NCBI GenBank assembly: GCA_012295275.1
Contig: CM022667.1
Location: forward strand, 20,026,001-20,090,000
Reading direction: 5' to 3'
Length of the DNA: 64,000 bases
DNA from: Chrysomallon squamiferum
Taxonomy: Eukaryota > Animalia > Mollusca
A model generated the notes under the pieces. That model searched no databases. It had not been told where the DNA came from and was given only the letters and a program-made list of their open reading frames with translations. A program made the translations under genes and the position numbers. How positions within the stretch are numbered: position 1 is the first letter of the stretch; each line of letters starts with the position of its first letter. Below, one piece after another: positions 28,701 through 43,000 of the stretch.

Positions 28701-30086
28701 TATTTAACACATTAAACAAAAGAAAAACAGAGAACATATTGGATCCAGGACAAAACCTGAACCACTTATTGTAAATGTGGACAAAACCACATCCAACTTC
28801 TGCAAGATTTAGATATGAACTTAGGACAGACAAGTGACTGAAGATTTCTCTTTATATACATACATATATATATATATGAACATCCTCAAAATATATTTGA
28901 GAGGTCTTGCAGTCTTGACACTGGTATTTACATAAGTACTTTAAACATTGGTCAAATGTTTTGTGGGGACATTTTTGATGTGCTTTGCTTGTCACAATCA
29001 CCTGCAATCAGTATGTGTTCAATGAGTCATTCCAGTCCTCACAAAATCAGGTGGCACAGATTACTTGATATACAATGATTTGGAAGATATTCACATGTGA
29101 TAAATTAAAAAGGAGATAGTGGGCTACCAGGATCACTGGTGTTGTTGGTTGGATGTGTTTGTATGATTATGGAGATTTGTATGGGATAAAAGTAGATGAG
29201 GTCTTCCAGCCTTTTTGAGAAACATCATTCTTGTGGAGATATCATTAATGAGCAACACAGTGAGGCAGTCACACATATCAAATAACCCTTTTAACATTCT
29301 GATAAAAATCAACAGTTACAGTAAGGAGTTCTGGTTTCGTCCTCACACCTATAAACTTCCAATACTAAATACAAAATACCTCAAAATAAATGAATAATAA
29401 CAAAAATTAAAAACAGAACAAAAACGAATACAAATGAATTACCTGCACACATTCGTCCAATAATTCGGCATCCTCCCAAACCAACCCGTACAACAGGAAT
29501 CACTTCTGACAATTCCCCTTCAAAAATACTAAATAAGGAAACAAAAATATTTAACTCAAATGTTATGAATGCCGGTACTCAATATATCTAACAATACCGT
29601 GAATACTAATAACAAAGTTACAAAGGGCCTCCATACACAGAACATTTTGAATGTCAGTAGCGACAGTACTCGTTAATGGATATAAATTATAATCAGAGGT
29701 CACCATTGATGGTTGACTGACTGAGATTCATCAGTGTTGTTGTTGTTTGTTGATATATAATATTAGTAAATAGTAATGAAAGGCAGACATTTATGATATT
29801 TAATGATTAATCATTTAATGATTACGAGCTCACTAAAATGCTTTATATTTTAAGTTATAGGGAAGTACTGACAAAATTTTTTTTTTACGTTATCGTAGAA
29901 ACTATGCTTTTTGTATCTAAATAAAATCATTTTCATTTAACATTTTAATCATGTTTTTCTTGAAACTGAAAGTGTTTACCTGTAAAAATTTTCGGATCCA
30001 CCAATTCCAACCAAACAATAAGCATTGGTTAACTTAGAAAATACACCAATTTCATTGTTGCCTTCAAACTGGGCTCGAACGGCCAT
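25725..30086 (-). CDS. EIF6: Eukaryotic translation initiation factor 6, 245 aa
   Basis: Exons 29980-30086, 29443-29528, 27809-27984, 27363-27473, 26895-26960, 26495-26676, 25725-25734. [82 protein letters not shown]. Confidence 0.96.
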
Positions 30087-32278
30087 TACAAGTTGATGTC
30101 AGGTTGAAATAAAAATATCTGTCTATTGGTAAATCAGATTATATATTAATAAGTAACTCGTTTACATTTCACAATAAGAAGAAACACATGGCTTCCCAAC
30201 CTACTATGTGAAGTACGTCATAAATATTTGTGTCGAAAGTAACGAAATCTAAAATTACAGATAATCCGGACAAGGATTTGATTAAAAGGGAAAGTAATAA
30301 TATTATGATAGAAAAACAAAAAGAAAGAAAACAATTAATTATTTCTAATAATTTTAATAATAATAATAATAAAAATTAATTAATTAAAAATAAAGACGGA
30401 AATTCCCTGGGTTTTTGAAAATATTTTGGTGTTAGATAAAAGTAAATGAAGTAAAATCTTTTTCATATGCATGAAAGAAGCTTTCTTTTATTCTTCTAGA
30501 ATAATTATTTTGAAATACTGTGATGTGTTGTTGTTGAATATGAATTAAAACACAAACAAAAAGATGCAACTTAAAATAAATTTTATTTATTTTGGAATGC
30601 AAAAATGATCATAATTATATACTGTATATTCACATACTCTATTTACAAAGAAAACAGTCCATATAAAGTAATGTTGGATCAGTGACAATATATCCCAGTC
30701 ATAGTTATGTAGGTGACTATCTGTATGTACTTTAAATATAAAACAGTGAAACATAAAGAATGAACTCTTTTTTTTAATAGATTCAATTTAATATTTAAGA
30801 AACAAATGTCAGAATATTTTAAATACATGTTATGAGTTGCTAAAACCAATCTGAGTGAAAAATCCAAAAAACAAAAAAAAAAAAAAATAAAAAAATAGAT
30901 ATGGGGTCAACCCACTTATCTAAAATATTTCATTAGAGATTGAAGCATCATTAGATGCTGTGAAAATTTTAGGTAAGGCACATTAAACTGGTTAATTGGG
31001 CAAGTTAATTTAGATAACTAAAATGCCCATTTGCTTTAAATCATGAATTTGTTTTGATAGGAAAGCAAACACATGTACTTCCTCATGCATTAACAAATTA
31101 ATTTGTATCTGGATATTTGCAGTTCTACCAGTATTCAAGTTAATATATATATATATCATTTGCAAATTAAAGCACAAGTTTTATTATTATTTACTTAAGT
31201 TCTTTGCTTATTCTTATGATTATCCAAAAAAATTAGAAAAAATGAGTAAAAATATATTCCTATCTTTCTGATCAAACAGGAGACTTTTAGCTGTAAAATT
31301 ATCAAGTGAGTTTCACATATGAATTAACCAATAAGCACAATAAGCATGTGTGTTTAGGGAACTAAGGAAATGAGGAACAACAGAAATTTTCAATTGCCAA
31401 ATTTGCTATGGACCATAAGGTACAAAACTGCAAAGAGTGCAGTTAAAACAGGGACCACCCCAATAAAGGAAAAAAATTACAAACACACATTAATATACAT
31501 CTATTTAATAATAATAATAATGATGATGATGATGATGAGGTTAATGATGCACATTCATCTTGCGTATACAATCAAATTAAAATAAATTAACTACTACACA
31601 GTCCAGGGATAACATATAGAGACACCAAAATCGGTCGTTCTTCTAAAGATCTTAAACCTAGCCTTGGGAGGTTTAAATCAACAATCTAACACAGCAGATA
31701 TTCATGGCCATGTAAGTCAGTTTACATAACAATTAACTGTAATGTTTTATAAATCATATAAATGTAGAGCATTGTACTCATGCATTCGAATCATTGTATA
31801 TGTAAAACGAAACACAAATTTTCCTGATCTGGGTGATATTTTTTTAACATGATTATCCCTTGATTATTTAAAAATATGTAATTCTTTTTTTTCTTTTTTT
31901 TTTTTTTTTTTTTCTTGTGCTTAAAATAAGCATACAGTGCATCAAAAAAATATAGTAAAAAAAACCAACAAATAAACAACAATACTCATAATAATTTTGT
32001 TTGTTTTATTTTAATAAGACAAAACATTCAGTGCGACAAGTTTTAATTTTATGTTTTCTGTTCTGAAAGTATAATTTATTTCACAGAATATCTTCATAGA
32101 TGAAATCCAAGAAAGGTGTTGTGTGTAGATGAATAAATAAAGCACACAAACTTGTCCATCCAACAACAAAACAAACGGAAACTATAAACAAGTAACATAT
32201 TATGATGAATGTTGAAAGTATTTTTACAAAATGAATAATGAAAATTTAAAACATGTTTTGATTTTTATCTTGATGGAT

Positions 32279-35200
32279 TCAGAAATGTGCTGTTAGTCTG
32301 TCAATTTCTAGAAGGTCATCCAGAATCTACAAATAAATAAATAAATTGATTATAAAAAAGTGAAAAACAAAAGCACACAAACAAGGAAATATAAATACTT
32401 CAAAATTTTTGGTGACTACCAAGTACAATTTCTTTTGCAATATTTCATTCTGTAAATAAATATTTATCACTAAATATAAACAACAACAAATCCAATTCAA
32501 AATAACATTATTCTGAATTTATAGTCTTTATTAAGATTACTTCAAACTGGATATTAACCTGTTACATAAATACAGTTACTTTGTAACTCACATATAATAT
32601 CTGTAAGCAATTTACATCTACTGCTTTGAAATACAGTATTATTATTTTTTAGCAAAAAAAAAAAGTAAATTATTGCTTTATTGTTGTTCAGAAAAACTAT
32701 TTCATTATATATAAAAGTTCATTAATTTTTCATACACAGAAACTTAATGAACACAGTGCAATTTTGTTTACTGTACATGTTCTCTTATGTGTTGTTCTGT
32801 TTTAGTGGGGTTTTTAATTTTTATTATTAAAAGTGAGTTTTAAATTATGTGTGTGTGTATGTGTGTGCGTGTGTGTGTTTTTAAATTTAATAAATAATCT
32901 ACAGATTTTTTTTTTTTTGTGTCATTATACTCTTTTTAACAATGAACTTGTTACCTGGTCTGTGGTTGTTCCTATTCGTCGAGATAATTCATTTCGTTCC
33001 ATGAGATTTAAGTGGAGAAACTTCCAAAGTAATTCACCATCTAAAATATTCTTCTGTGGATTTGACAAGTCTGGAAATGACAGCTTCACAGCTCTGTTTA
33101 AAAACAAAAAGTTTGATCTGGTTTGTACATTACATGTTAGACACAAAACCCAAGTTCTTAATATTAATAATGTTAAAAACAGACAATCTTTTGTTTTCAT
33201 TTTTAAGTTTGGAAGAAAAATATAAATACTGCAAAAAGAAAAAATGCAGAAAATATCTTTTTATTTTGAAAATTTTACACCATTAAAAATTAAAAATTAA
33301 ATTTCAAAGCTTATTCCAAAAAATATTCATTTTATCAGAAGCAAAAATATCAATTCAAATCAAAGATAGTAATTAATGTCAAAATTAAAACACTGGTTTT
33401 AAATTTAAATGCAACTGACCTAAAAAGATTATTAATTTATCTTGTTCAGTTTCAACATTTAAATTAAAATTGGAACATTGTTTCTAAAAAAGTTAACAAC
33501 CTAAACAGAATGAAAAGGAAAAATAAATAAAACTTTTTCATGAAATATTTGCAAGCAATGGATCACTGATGTAGAAAATAAAATTCTTCTATAACCAGAC
33601 TAAACTGACAGCAGTGAATTTCATTCATTATGGTTTTACATTACAGTAATCAGTACTAATTACCGGTAAGCTTTTGGGTTGAGGCCGGCTGTGTGAGGTA
33701 TGTGAACAGCGAGAGCGTTCTGCAACATGAGAAGTCGGCGGTAAACCTTTTCAGACACAGGAAGCAGGAATCCCAAACTGCCGTCCAGAGTAGCTGAAAT
33801 CAACAGAGTTAAAGTTGTAAAACATCACAAAATTATTCTGAACACAAAGAAAGGAGGTTATTTATTTTTTGCAATGCATACAGTAAGCCTCTTAAAAACA
33901 ACAAAAAAGCCATAATGAAGAAGTACAGAACTGACATTGAACACCAAATGCATTTTAAACTATAAAATTTCAGTTTTTAAGTACAGATTTTGTACAGATT
34001 TTTTTTACACAGTTTATCTACAATATTTCATCTATGTACACCTTCCCAGTGGCAAGAAAGAAGACAGCAGTTAAGAAAAAAACAGTTGTAATGATTCAAC
34101 ATTCAGAAACAGTTTTTCTCATCAGTCTAATGCTTATACCTCTGACTTACAACATGTTCCTGAAACAAACTAGTACAGTTATCACTTACATTTACTTTGA
34201 CATGTTTATAGTAATATTAATAATGATTAAACTCACCAAAGAAAGTGACCTGTCGTTTGGCAGCCTGTCTGCTTTTCTCTGACAAGGGATCAGCGAGTTT
34301 GCAGCACACACGGAACATGCTGTTGATGTGAGAACCCACATTGAAGTCAGCTTTCCTCAACAGTCTTTGTCCTCCATGGCTTTCACGAGCTGAAATTAGA
34401 CACCACTACAAAATTATCTTCTTCATGGTTCACTTGTAAAAATTCACTGCAAAGCAAACCAATAATTTTAAGTTAGTGTATTATAATCCTTATTATCTTC
34501 TGAAGAGATATATTTATTTTATATTTATTTTAAAGATATATAAACAGTTTCAAGTTAATATTTTCACTTGTCTTCTCTGAACTATAAAAAAGAAATAAAA
34601 TTAATTCTGAGTGATCTCCTTACCTTCAGGATGATATTGATACACAATTAAATTTTTGTTTCTATCTGACACTGAAAATAGAAAATTAGAATTAGGAGAA
34701 AAGTATTGTAATTTTTAAATAAAATATCTGAATAAAATCATAGCTTTGTTTTACATATTATGTTCAAAATGTGTAGATAGATAGATAGATAGATAGATAG
34801 ACAGACAGATAGATGGATGTTATCATGCTATGAGCAAAACATGATTAATGACACTTGCAGATTCACAGAAATTTAGAAGATACACAATAGAAATTCTGAC
34901 ATATCGTCAATAAAAGAGAAAAAGATCTATACCAGGATTTACTCTCTACCTAGCATCTTAGTTGGACAACAGACAGCAGTTAGAAATTAAATTGTCTTAC
35001 CAAGAAAACTAAGTGTTGTGTTGTCTACTATAAACTCTGTAGCATACACTTCCAGTGGTTTAACGTCCTGAAAATCAATAATTGCATGATGTTAGAAATA
35101 ATGAGAAAGACAGCAAACACATGTGCAACAGTTAATTCAAATTAACATCAAATTAACTATTCTATAAACTTTCCAGTACTCACAAAAACAAATGAAACAG

Positions 35201-38200
35201 CCTTTGATAAACCAACTGAGGAGCATTATAACAAATGGGAAATGACTCAGTGGGTGTGATGAACGTGCAAAACAATGAATATTAGTCTTGTGGATCTAAC
35301 TTTGCAGCCACAACATGCCACCATCTGAGTATTGAAATATTTTACATAAATATAAGTATGTAAAGTGTCTGATATTTCAAATAAACATGTTCAACAGGTT
35401 GTCTGTTAATAGAGTAGTTACCCTGCTGACAATGGAGAGAACACGAAGAGCTTCCTGGAAGCGATACACAGTAATACTCTTGAGAAGATCCCCAGCCAAG
35501 ATGAGATTCTTCACCACATTCAAAGTCTGGATGTAGATGTGAGTGTCTATGAAAGCCACTCCACTAAGATCATTGTCTTTCAGAGACCAAATGTAAATCT
35601 GTAACACAAACACAGGATCATTTACCAATCATAAAAAAATAACAAATAATTATATATTATGTTTTGTATTGTAATTATTCTTCAAAACTGTAGTTATTAG
35701 TGATTGCATTTTGCAACTAAATAATTGTTATTATTTTTATTAGGCTTTTCATAACCAGATACTAATTTACAAATATCTCCCAAAAAGCTCAATTTCTAAA
35801 AGCACAAAACAAATAAGTGTCCATACATATCTCAAGGTTTGGCATGAATATAATTACAGTAAAAAAGGACATCAAAGAATCGTTGTTCTTCTATTTACCA
35901 GATTTGTTCAGTTATATCTTTATCTATTGTTTTAAATATAAATTAATAATTTAAATACACCTTTCTTTCCTTTCTCTATCAACAGCTTTAAACAGAAGGA
36001 ATAAAAAAAAATTAAAAAAAATTAGCAATAAAAAATATAAAATAAAAAATATGTGAAAAACAAATTATTAAGACATTTTAATAATTTGTGATTTACCTTT
36101 TGTCCTATGGCTGACACAAGTAAACCATTAAGATGAGCAAGAGCTGTCACTGGTCCTTTCTGTTCTCTCTCATATATCAACTGTCAGAGAATATTTATAT
36201 ATCAAGAAATACAAAAGTTTATATATATATAATAAAATATATATATATATATTTTTTCTCTTTCTTTTCTAAAACTGATTATCATTTACAGATATAGAGC
36301 AAAATGTTCTATTCTACACAAATACACTTTTCAAAATTACCACAACAACAAAGCCAGAAATTTGACAAATACAACAAACATTAAAAGATTATTGCTCAAA
36401 TATGAAATAAAAACAGTTCCAGTAAACTTAAAGATAAAATGTTTCATTAATTATTCAACTGTTTTAATAAGCATCATATATAAACAAATTGAAGTCCTTC
36501 AAAAATAACATAATTTCTACTGAAATAAAAATGACAATTCAGTTAGTTTCTGTGATAACACTTACCTTGAACCTTGTTTTTGTCAGAGGTTGTCCAGGTA
36601 AAGGAACGACTTCAATCACATCAAATATAATAATCTGAAGTAAGTAAAATGTCTCAATATTTAATAAACTATCAATGCAGTTTTACATATTATCATTTTT
36701 TAATTACTATTATTTTTTTTTTTTAGTTCATGATTATTTTTTAATAATTATTATTTAAAAACTGTAGAGTAAGCAACAAAATTAATGACACATCATGAAA
36801 ATATTTAATTTGTGTCAGAAAAGCACTTAATAGTTTTTGTTGTTACAATGACTACATAGCTATCTCTAAAATATGAAAAAACTAAAAAGAATTCCAATTC
36901 TGTTGGAATGAATCTGTACCTAAAAATAGGCAATAACTGTGAAAAAAAAATGTTGCTTTTGCTCTGAACAAAATAGTTTTTAACCTTTCCTCTGGAAACA
37001 TTTTCTTCTCCAAGACTGAAGTTGGTTCCCATGGCAATGTAACCTTTGACACCAGACATTGTTCCCTCTGACTTCAACATGACAGTTTTAAGAACTGTTA
37101 CCTGTTCCCATTCTTCAGTTTCATAGCTAACAAATTAAATTAATACATTTTTTAAGAGAAGACATATCCAAAAAGAATTAAAGAACTGAAAATGTTAAAT
37201 TTACTTTTTCTTTTTTTTAAAACAATGAGGCTTTTTTTCAAGATAAAAATCTTTTACTCACAATATGTTGAATTCGCTGAAAAGTTACACAATGCAAATT
37301 TAAAAAAAATAAAAATAAAAAAGGTATCCTTTAAAAGAAATAAGATATAATACATCATTTGAATTAGTGATAAAAATAAAAATTTCATCAGTTACACAAA
37401 CATGATTAAGTGTAATGTAGTGTTATAGTTACCTGCAGTTTGGAATGACTTCCCAGGAACTTGGAGTGAACAACTGCATTGTGTAGCGATCCATCATAGG
37501 AAATATGTGTCTATCATCTGAAAGGATAAATTTAACAATAACATAAATAACATAAAAAAATGCATAAACAATGCTTGGATGCAAGAATCATAAACTGGTG
37601 AATAACTGAAGATTTGAGTAACTTCTGTTTACAATAGTGTCATGACCAAGATTTGTTTTTTGAAGTTTTTGTTACTTTATTTTAAAACTATTTTCTGAAA
37701 CCAAAGATAAAATTCTACTTAAGTTGATCAACATGAAACATACAAAAAATACAAAATAAAATAGATAAATTAATGTCCAAATATGTTAATTCACTATAAA
37801 GAGATAATTCAAAATGGCTAACAAACATATAAATGCAGAAAATGTTTTAACCAGACCTTTTTCTAAAATGTCCCACTCTCTTTCATCTGTAGTTGTTTTT
37901 GGGCAACTTATTGCAAGGTTCTGGAATGTTGGTGACCACAGCATATGTCTAAGAACACATTGATTGAAAAAGGATTATAAAATTTGATTAACAAAGAATA
38001 CAACATTATTACTATTATTATTATGTAATAAAATGAACAGAAAACAGCTTGCAAATAATTAGTTTTTTTCACCTTTTATAAAATATGCATATACAAATTA
38101 ATAGACATACCATTTACCTGATTGTAAGAAAAAAGTTAATTTATTATTATTATTATAATTTTTAATTAAACATTGTATAAGTATTTTATACATGTAGAAA

Positions 38201-39947
38201 AACTTTAAAAAAGCAAAGTTTACCTTGCTTTCTGCATGGTAACATAAAAACAGAGGTGTGCACCTCAGTGGAACTTTTCTGATTGGCCAAGGAGCATCGT
38301 ACGTAACATGAGTTGGTAGCACACAGATTCTCAACTCTCCCTAAATATTCAACAAACAAAATAATAAAAACATTTTTCAGTAATCTATTTGGTTATGTTC
38401 TGAATTTAACCTTCCAAAAAGGTGTTTACACTATTTTAGTTGCATTTCCTTTCAGCAAAATTAGGTTTTATTATGAATAATCTTTATTATATATTTATTT
38501 AAATATAGGGTTTTTAAAGTATTATCCTACAGTGTTAAGGTTTCAGATTATTGTAGATATTTTGTAATCAGACTACATACATTTCTATAAAATGGTAAAT
38601 GAGATTACTGTATGAATTATTATGTTATTACAGATTTTTCTAAGTTTGTCTTTGACATTATGAAATTCTCTGTGACATTATAAAATGTATTTATTGTACC
38701 TGTTTGTTAAAGTAGAGAAAACCTCTTGGACAGTTTACATTGTGGAAAGAGGAGAAGTTTTTCACTGGACCATCAATTCCCATTGGATGAATTCTTGGTG
38801 AACCTTTTGAAGTCATGAAAAGCCAATGGGGATATGGGCCACAGATAAACACCTGTAAAAAACAAAACAAAAAAACCAACAAAACATTTAATATTTATAA
38901 CACTCAACATAATTAAACATTAATTTTCTTGTGAGAAATAATGGCCAAATCAGTAAAAGTTTATTTTTTTAATTATGAAAACTGCAAAAGATTCTTAAAA
39001 AAAAAAAAGGCAACTGAGAAAAGTAATTAAATATATAAAAGTAGGTATGGTTTAAAAACATTTCATAATAATTTCAGATCTTATTTGTAACAATTACATG
39101 TCTCAAACACAACAGAACATCTGTATGAATATTGTAAAATACAATATGGCAAACAATTGAATTTAAAAAATAAAAACGTGTACATACCCCTGAATAGCCA
39201 GAGACATCTTCAAAATACCTCAGCTGTGCAATGCGAGTCAGTTTCTTTGTCTCTTCATCTTTATCATCCTCCTCAGTTTTCTTCTTCACTTTCTTTTTTT
39301 CATGTGCTATCAAATTGTGGTTGAATTTCTTAAACCGAATTTTGAGTCGGTTGTCTTTTTGCCCTGATGCTGAAGTTTCCTGCTGACTTTGTTGAAATGG
39401 AAATGCTTCATACACGAGTAAAGTGCTTTCTACTCGGGCCTGTGATACAAACAAAATAAAAACTGTGAAACATTGTTTTCTTAAAAAACTGTACGAAGAT
39501 GTAAAGAAAAATCTAAAATGTTTTGGCACATGGTAAAGCAAAAGAATGTACAAGAAATTTTAATTACATATATTTTTCTTTTTTCTTCTTCTTCAAGTTT
39601 CACACTGCTTTAGTGAATTAAAACATAATTATGGAACTATTAAGCATGCAACTCAATGGTAAAAATAAAAAAAATTAAATGTTTTATTTTACTTTCTTTA
39701 ATCTATTTGTTATTTTTATTATTTTATATTTTTGCTTCCTCACGATTAATCCTCATCCTATTATTGGTTTCTTCTTGGTAAAACAAATAGTTAATTTTAA
39801 CATATGTGACAAAACAAAGATTCTTAACTATATAAATTAAGATATCTGAACAAGTATTATTAAAGATGTATTATATAATTATTTTTCTCTCACAGAGAAA
39901 AGCAGGTTGTTAAACCAAACTGTTGCTTTCTGTATTTTTATATATAC

Positions 39948-40021
<74 letters not shown>

Positions 40022-43000
40022 CACACACCCTCACAAAGTATATATATCTTCAGTAAATTAACAATAATAATCAAATGGCAGACGTACCAACAAGTATGGC
40101 TTTGTTTTGTTATGTCCCAGTCCAACCATTAACAGTTCCTGTACAACTGGAATTTCTGCAACATTCTTATCTGCACTTGAAACAGCACTGCCACCAACAC
40201 TGTAACAAAACAAAGTGGTTTTTAAACACATTTCTTAGTTTCATTACTTTCTTAAGAACAGATAATTATGAATATAAACTTTTAACAGATTTTCAAAAAT
40301 GTTCAGATGCTAGTTTATTATTTCAGTACATTTAAGTGTCCTCTCAATCATTTTAAAATACGAAAATTATAAAACATGTCAAATTTATTTAAGTATTTTT
40401 TGCTGTTCTTTGGAATTTTACATAAAATTATTTTCTATGTTTTAAAAGAAAAACTAAAGATATTCAAGAATGTTCATGAAGGAAAATACATATATAAAGT
40501 TAAAACTTTAATCAGACATACCTTGGTTTTGCAGTGCTTTCTGCAACATGAACACTATCAACCAAAACCTTCTGACCAACAGGAAAATTCTTTACATAAT
40601 AACAGATCTTGAAATCTGGGAGAGTGAAAATCTAAAATAAAAAATTTATAACACATATTATCATCATTCTGTGTAACCAGAATGCAATCTAATGAAATAA
40701 TAAAGATAACTTCAGTTTATTAAAAAAAAAAAAAAAATTAGTACCTCAAGGACGCCATTTTCTCTTGCAACAACACACCAGTGAGATGGTTGCACTTCTT
40801 TGACTGTTGGTTCTTGTTTTCTAAACATTAATATTACTGAATTAGTCATTTGCTAACACACATGAAGATTTAAAATAAATGGCAATTAACAAATAACATC
40901 TTAATTTTCTAAATCAATATCATGGATTTAACACTGCTAAATGTTAATATTTAAAAGCTCAAGCTAATGTGTATGAAAATAACAATATTGAAACAGAATA
41001 AAAATAAAAAGGTTCTGAATAAATAAATAATTAGAGATTAGTGTGTATTATTTAGAAGTGTTTAAGTTCACCAAATTACTTTTAAATCAAATATTTATAA
41101 TAATTACCATTAATAAACGTAATGACTTACTTGTTTCCACTGTCTTTGTTACCAATGTCAAAAGATGATGTGAACACTGAGGTGTCTGACTCTCCATACA
41201 GCAGTTCATCCTCATCATCTATAGTGCTGAAAACAGCAACATTTTAATTTTGTTTGAAAAACAAAAATTTCTGCAGATTTTCTATGTTAACTATTATATT
41301 TTATATTGATGTTGTTTTTCTTCTTTTCTAACTCTAAAAATTAAATTTACATATTGGTGCAAAGTCTTAAATAAATAAATAAATAAATAAATAAACAAAT
41401 AACATGACAGAGGAAAACTTTGTGTTGAGGTGGAGTATGGTCACTGTAAGTGACAGAAATGGTGGTCTTTTGTTAATTCTTGCTGTCCTAATTTGAGAAT
41501 GAACATGCAGAACTAATTACATGCACAGATTCAGTTGATTTTAAAACAAACCTGTGGTCTATTGGTAGTATAGGCTCCTGACATGTTTTGCTTATCTTTT
41601 CTACTGGGCGCTCTTCTTCACCTTTTATTGAAGATGTAGTGAACAGTCCACTAATGTCTTTGTACGTACACATTGCCAGAATTTTTGGAGTCTGAAGAAA
41701 TGAAATGAAAAAAAAAAAAAAAAAAAAAAAAAATTTTTTTTATAAATAATATAATAATAATTTTGCAAGGAAGATGTCAGAAAAAAGAGGAAATATTTTA
41801 CTAAACAATGCAGTCATTTTATTTACAGTCATACAGTATCAGACATGTGGTTATGGATCATTCAGATGGCAAGAGTGGGGTTACCTACTACCACTAATTC
41901 ATTGCAATTTTGTCCCTTTAACAACAGTTATCACTTAGGTATCACTTATGTACACCATTACATCCATAGGACAGTAAATACGATGGCTTATTTTAAATTA
42001 AACATTCTGTCAATGACAAACATTTTCTTTAAAAACCCTGAAAAACCTAAAAAAAAAAAAAAATAATAATCAAATCAGAATAATAAGAACAATAATAATA
42101 ATAATGAAAAGGCTACATACGTTAGACAGATTCTGTGGTTTAATGACAGTAAGTCTGACACCAGAACTGTAAGTGTCTTCTTTCAGTGTGAGCAGCATGA
42201 CCTGACCCTCCTCACTCATTATCAGGATGTACGGGTCAGCAACACTACAGCTGACTATCGGTGAACCCATGTCCATTGGAATCACCTGAAGCTGTTTCAC
42301 TGAAAAATAAATAAACTCTGTTCAGTAAATTCCTACATACTGATTAAACGAGATTGTGTGCATGCATGCATGTGTGTGTGTGAGATAATGATTATGATTC
42401 TGTATTAAATTCATCAAAAGTTTAGGTTTCTTATTGTTCTATCAAATGATTTACTAACATCTATGGTTTTATTTTAAAAAGAGTTATGAACTGAATTACC
42501 TCCCTCTAGAAGTCTGACACCATTGGTAGACACCTGAAGGATGTAATTGTTGTTGCCGATGTTGCCAGCAAACACTGTTGCTGTTTCTGTACTGAATCCA
42601 CTGTGGTCTAACTCCATTATTTCCTGACCAGTCTGAAGAATCTAATTAATGAAAACAATAAATTTTAACATCTAACAAATAAATAAGTTTTCTATCAATG
42701 TCATACTGTTAACACATTTTCAGAAAAAACACTAAAAGCTAATGCTGAACATAAGCAATTAAAATAAATCAGATGATTATATGAAATTCAATATGGGAAA
42801 GCTAAGAATGACCACACAAAACAGTTCTGTGTTTTTTTAATACAACACATTCTGTAGATTGACAGGAGTGACATCATATATGTCTTTACTCACCATACTA
42901 GTCTCAGCTCGACTCAGAATCAAATACGCATGTCCTCCAGTAATTTCATTCTTATTTTCTTCTTCTTCAGCTGCCTTTGAACTCTGAAACAAAAAATAAT

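Noticed and set aside
28900-29350. Higher-GC stretch in eIF6 intron 2, possible LINE remnant
   Set aside because: No recognisable RT or endonuclease motifs in the frames I could read.
29470-29495. eIF6 segment VVRVGLGG instead of human VVHASIAG
   Set aside because: This position varies among eukaryotes and there is no sign of frameshift; ordinary divergence.
29654-29734. Candidate C/D snoRNA in eIF6 intron 1 (CTGATGA..CTGA..CTGA on minus)
   Set aside because: Imperfect C box, no C' box, no terminal stem and no convincing rRNA complement; it would need snoscan to rescue.
31652-31676. 8-bp hairpin TTAAACCT..AGGTTTAA between eIF6 and CPSF1
   Set aside because: AT-rich short stem expected by chance; no element context.
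37324-37332. U12-type donor sequence GTATCCTTT
   Set aside because: It lies on the antisense strand of a CPSF1 intron; all reconstructed introns are U2-type GT-AG.
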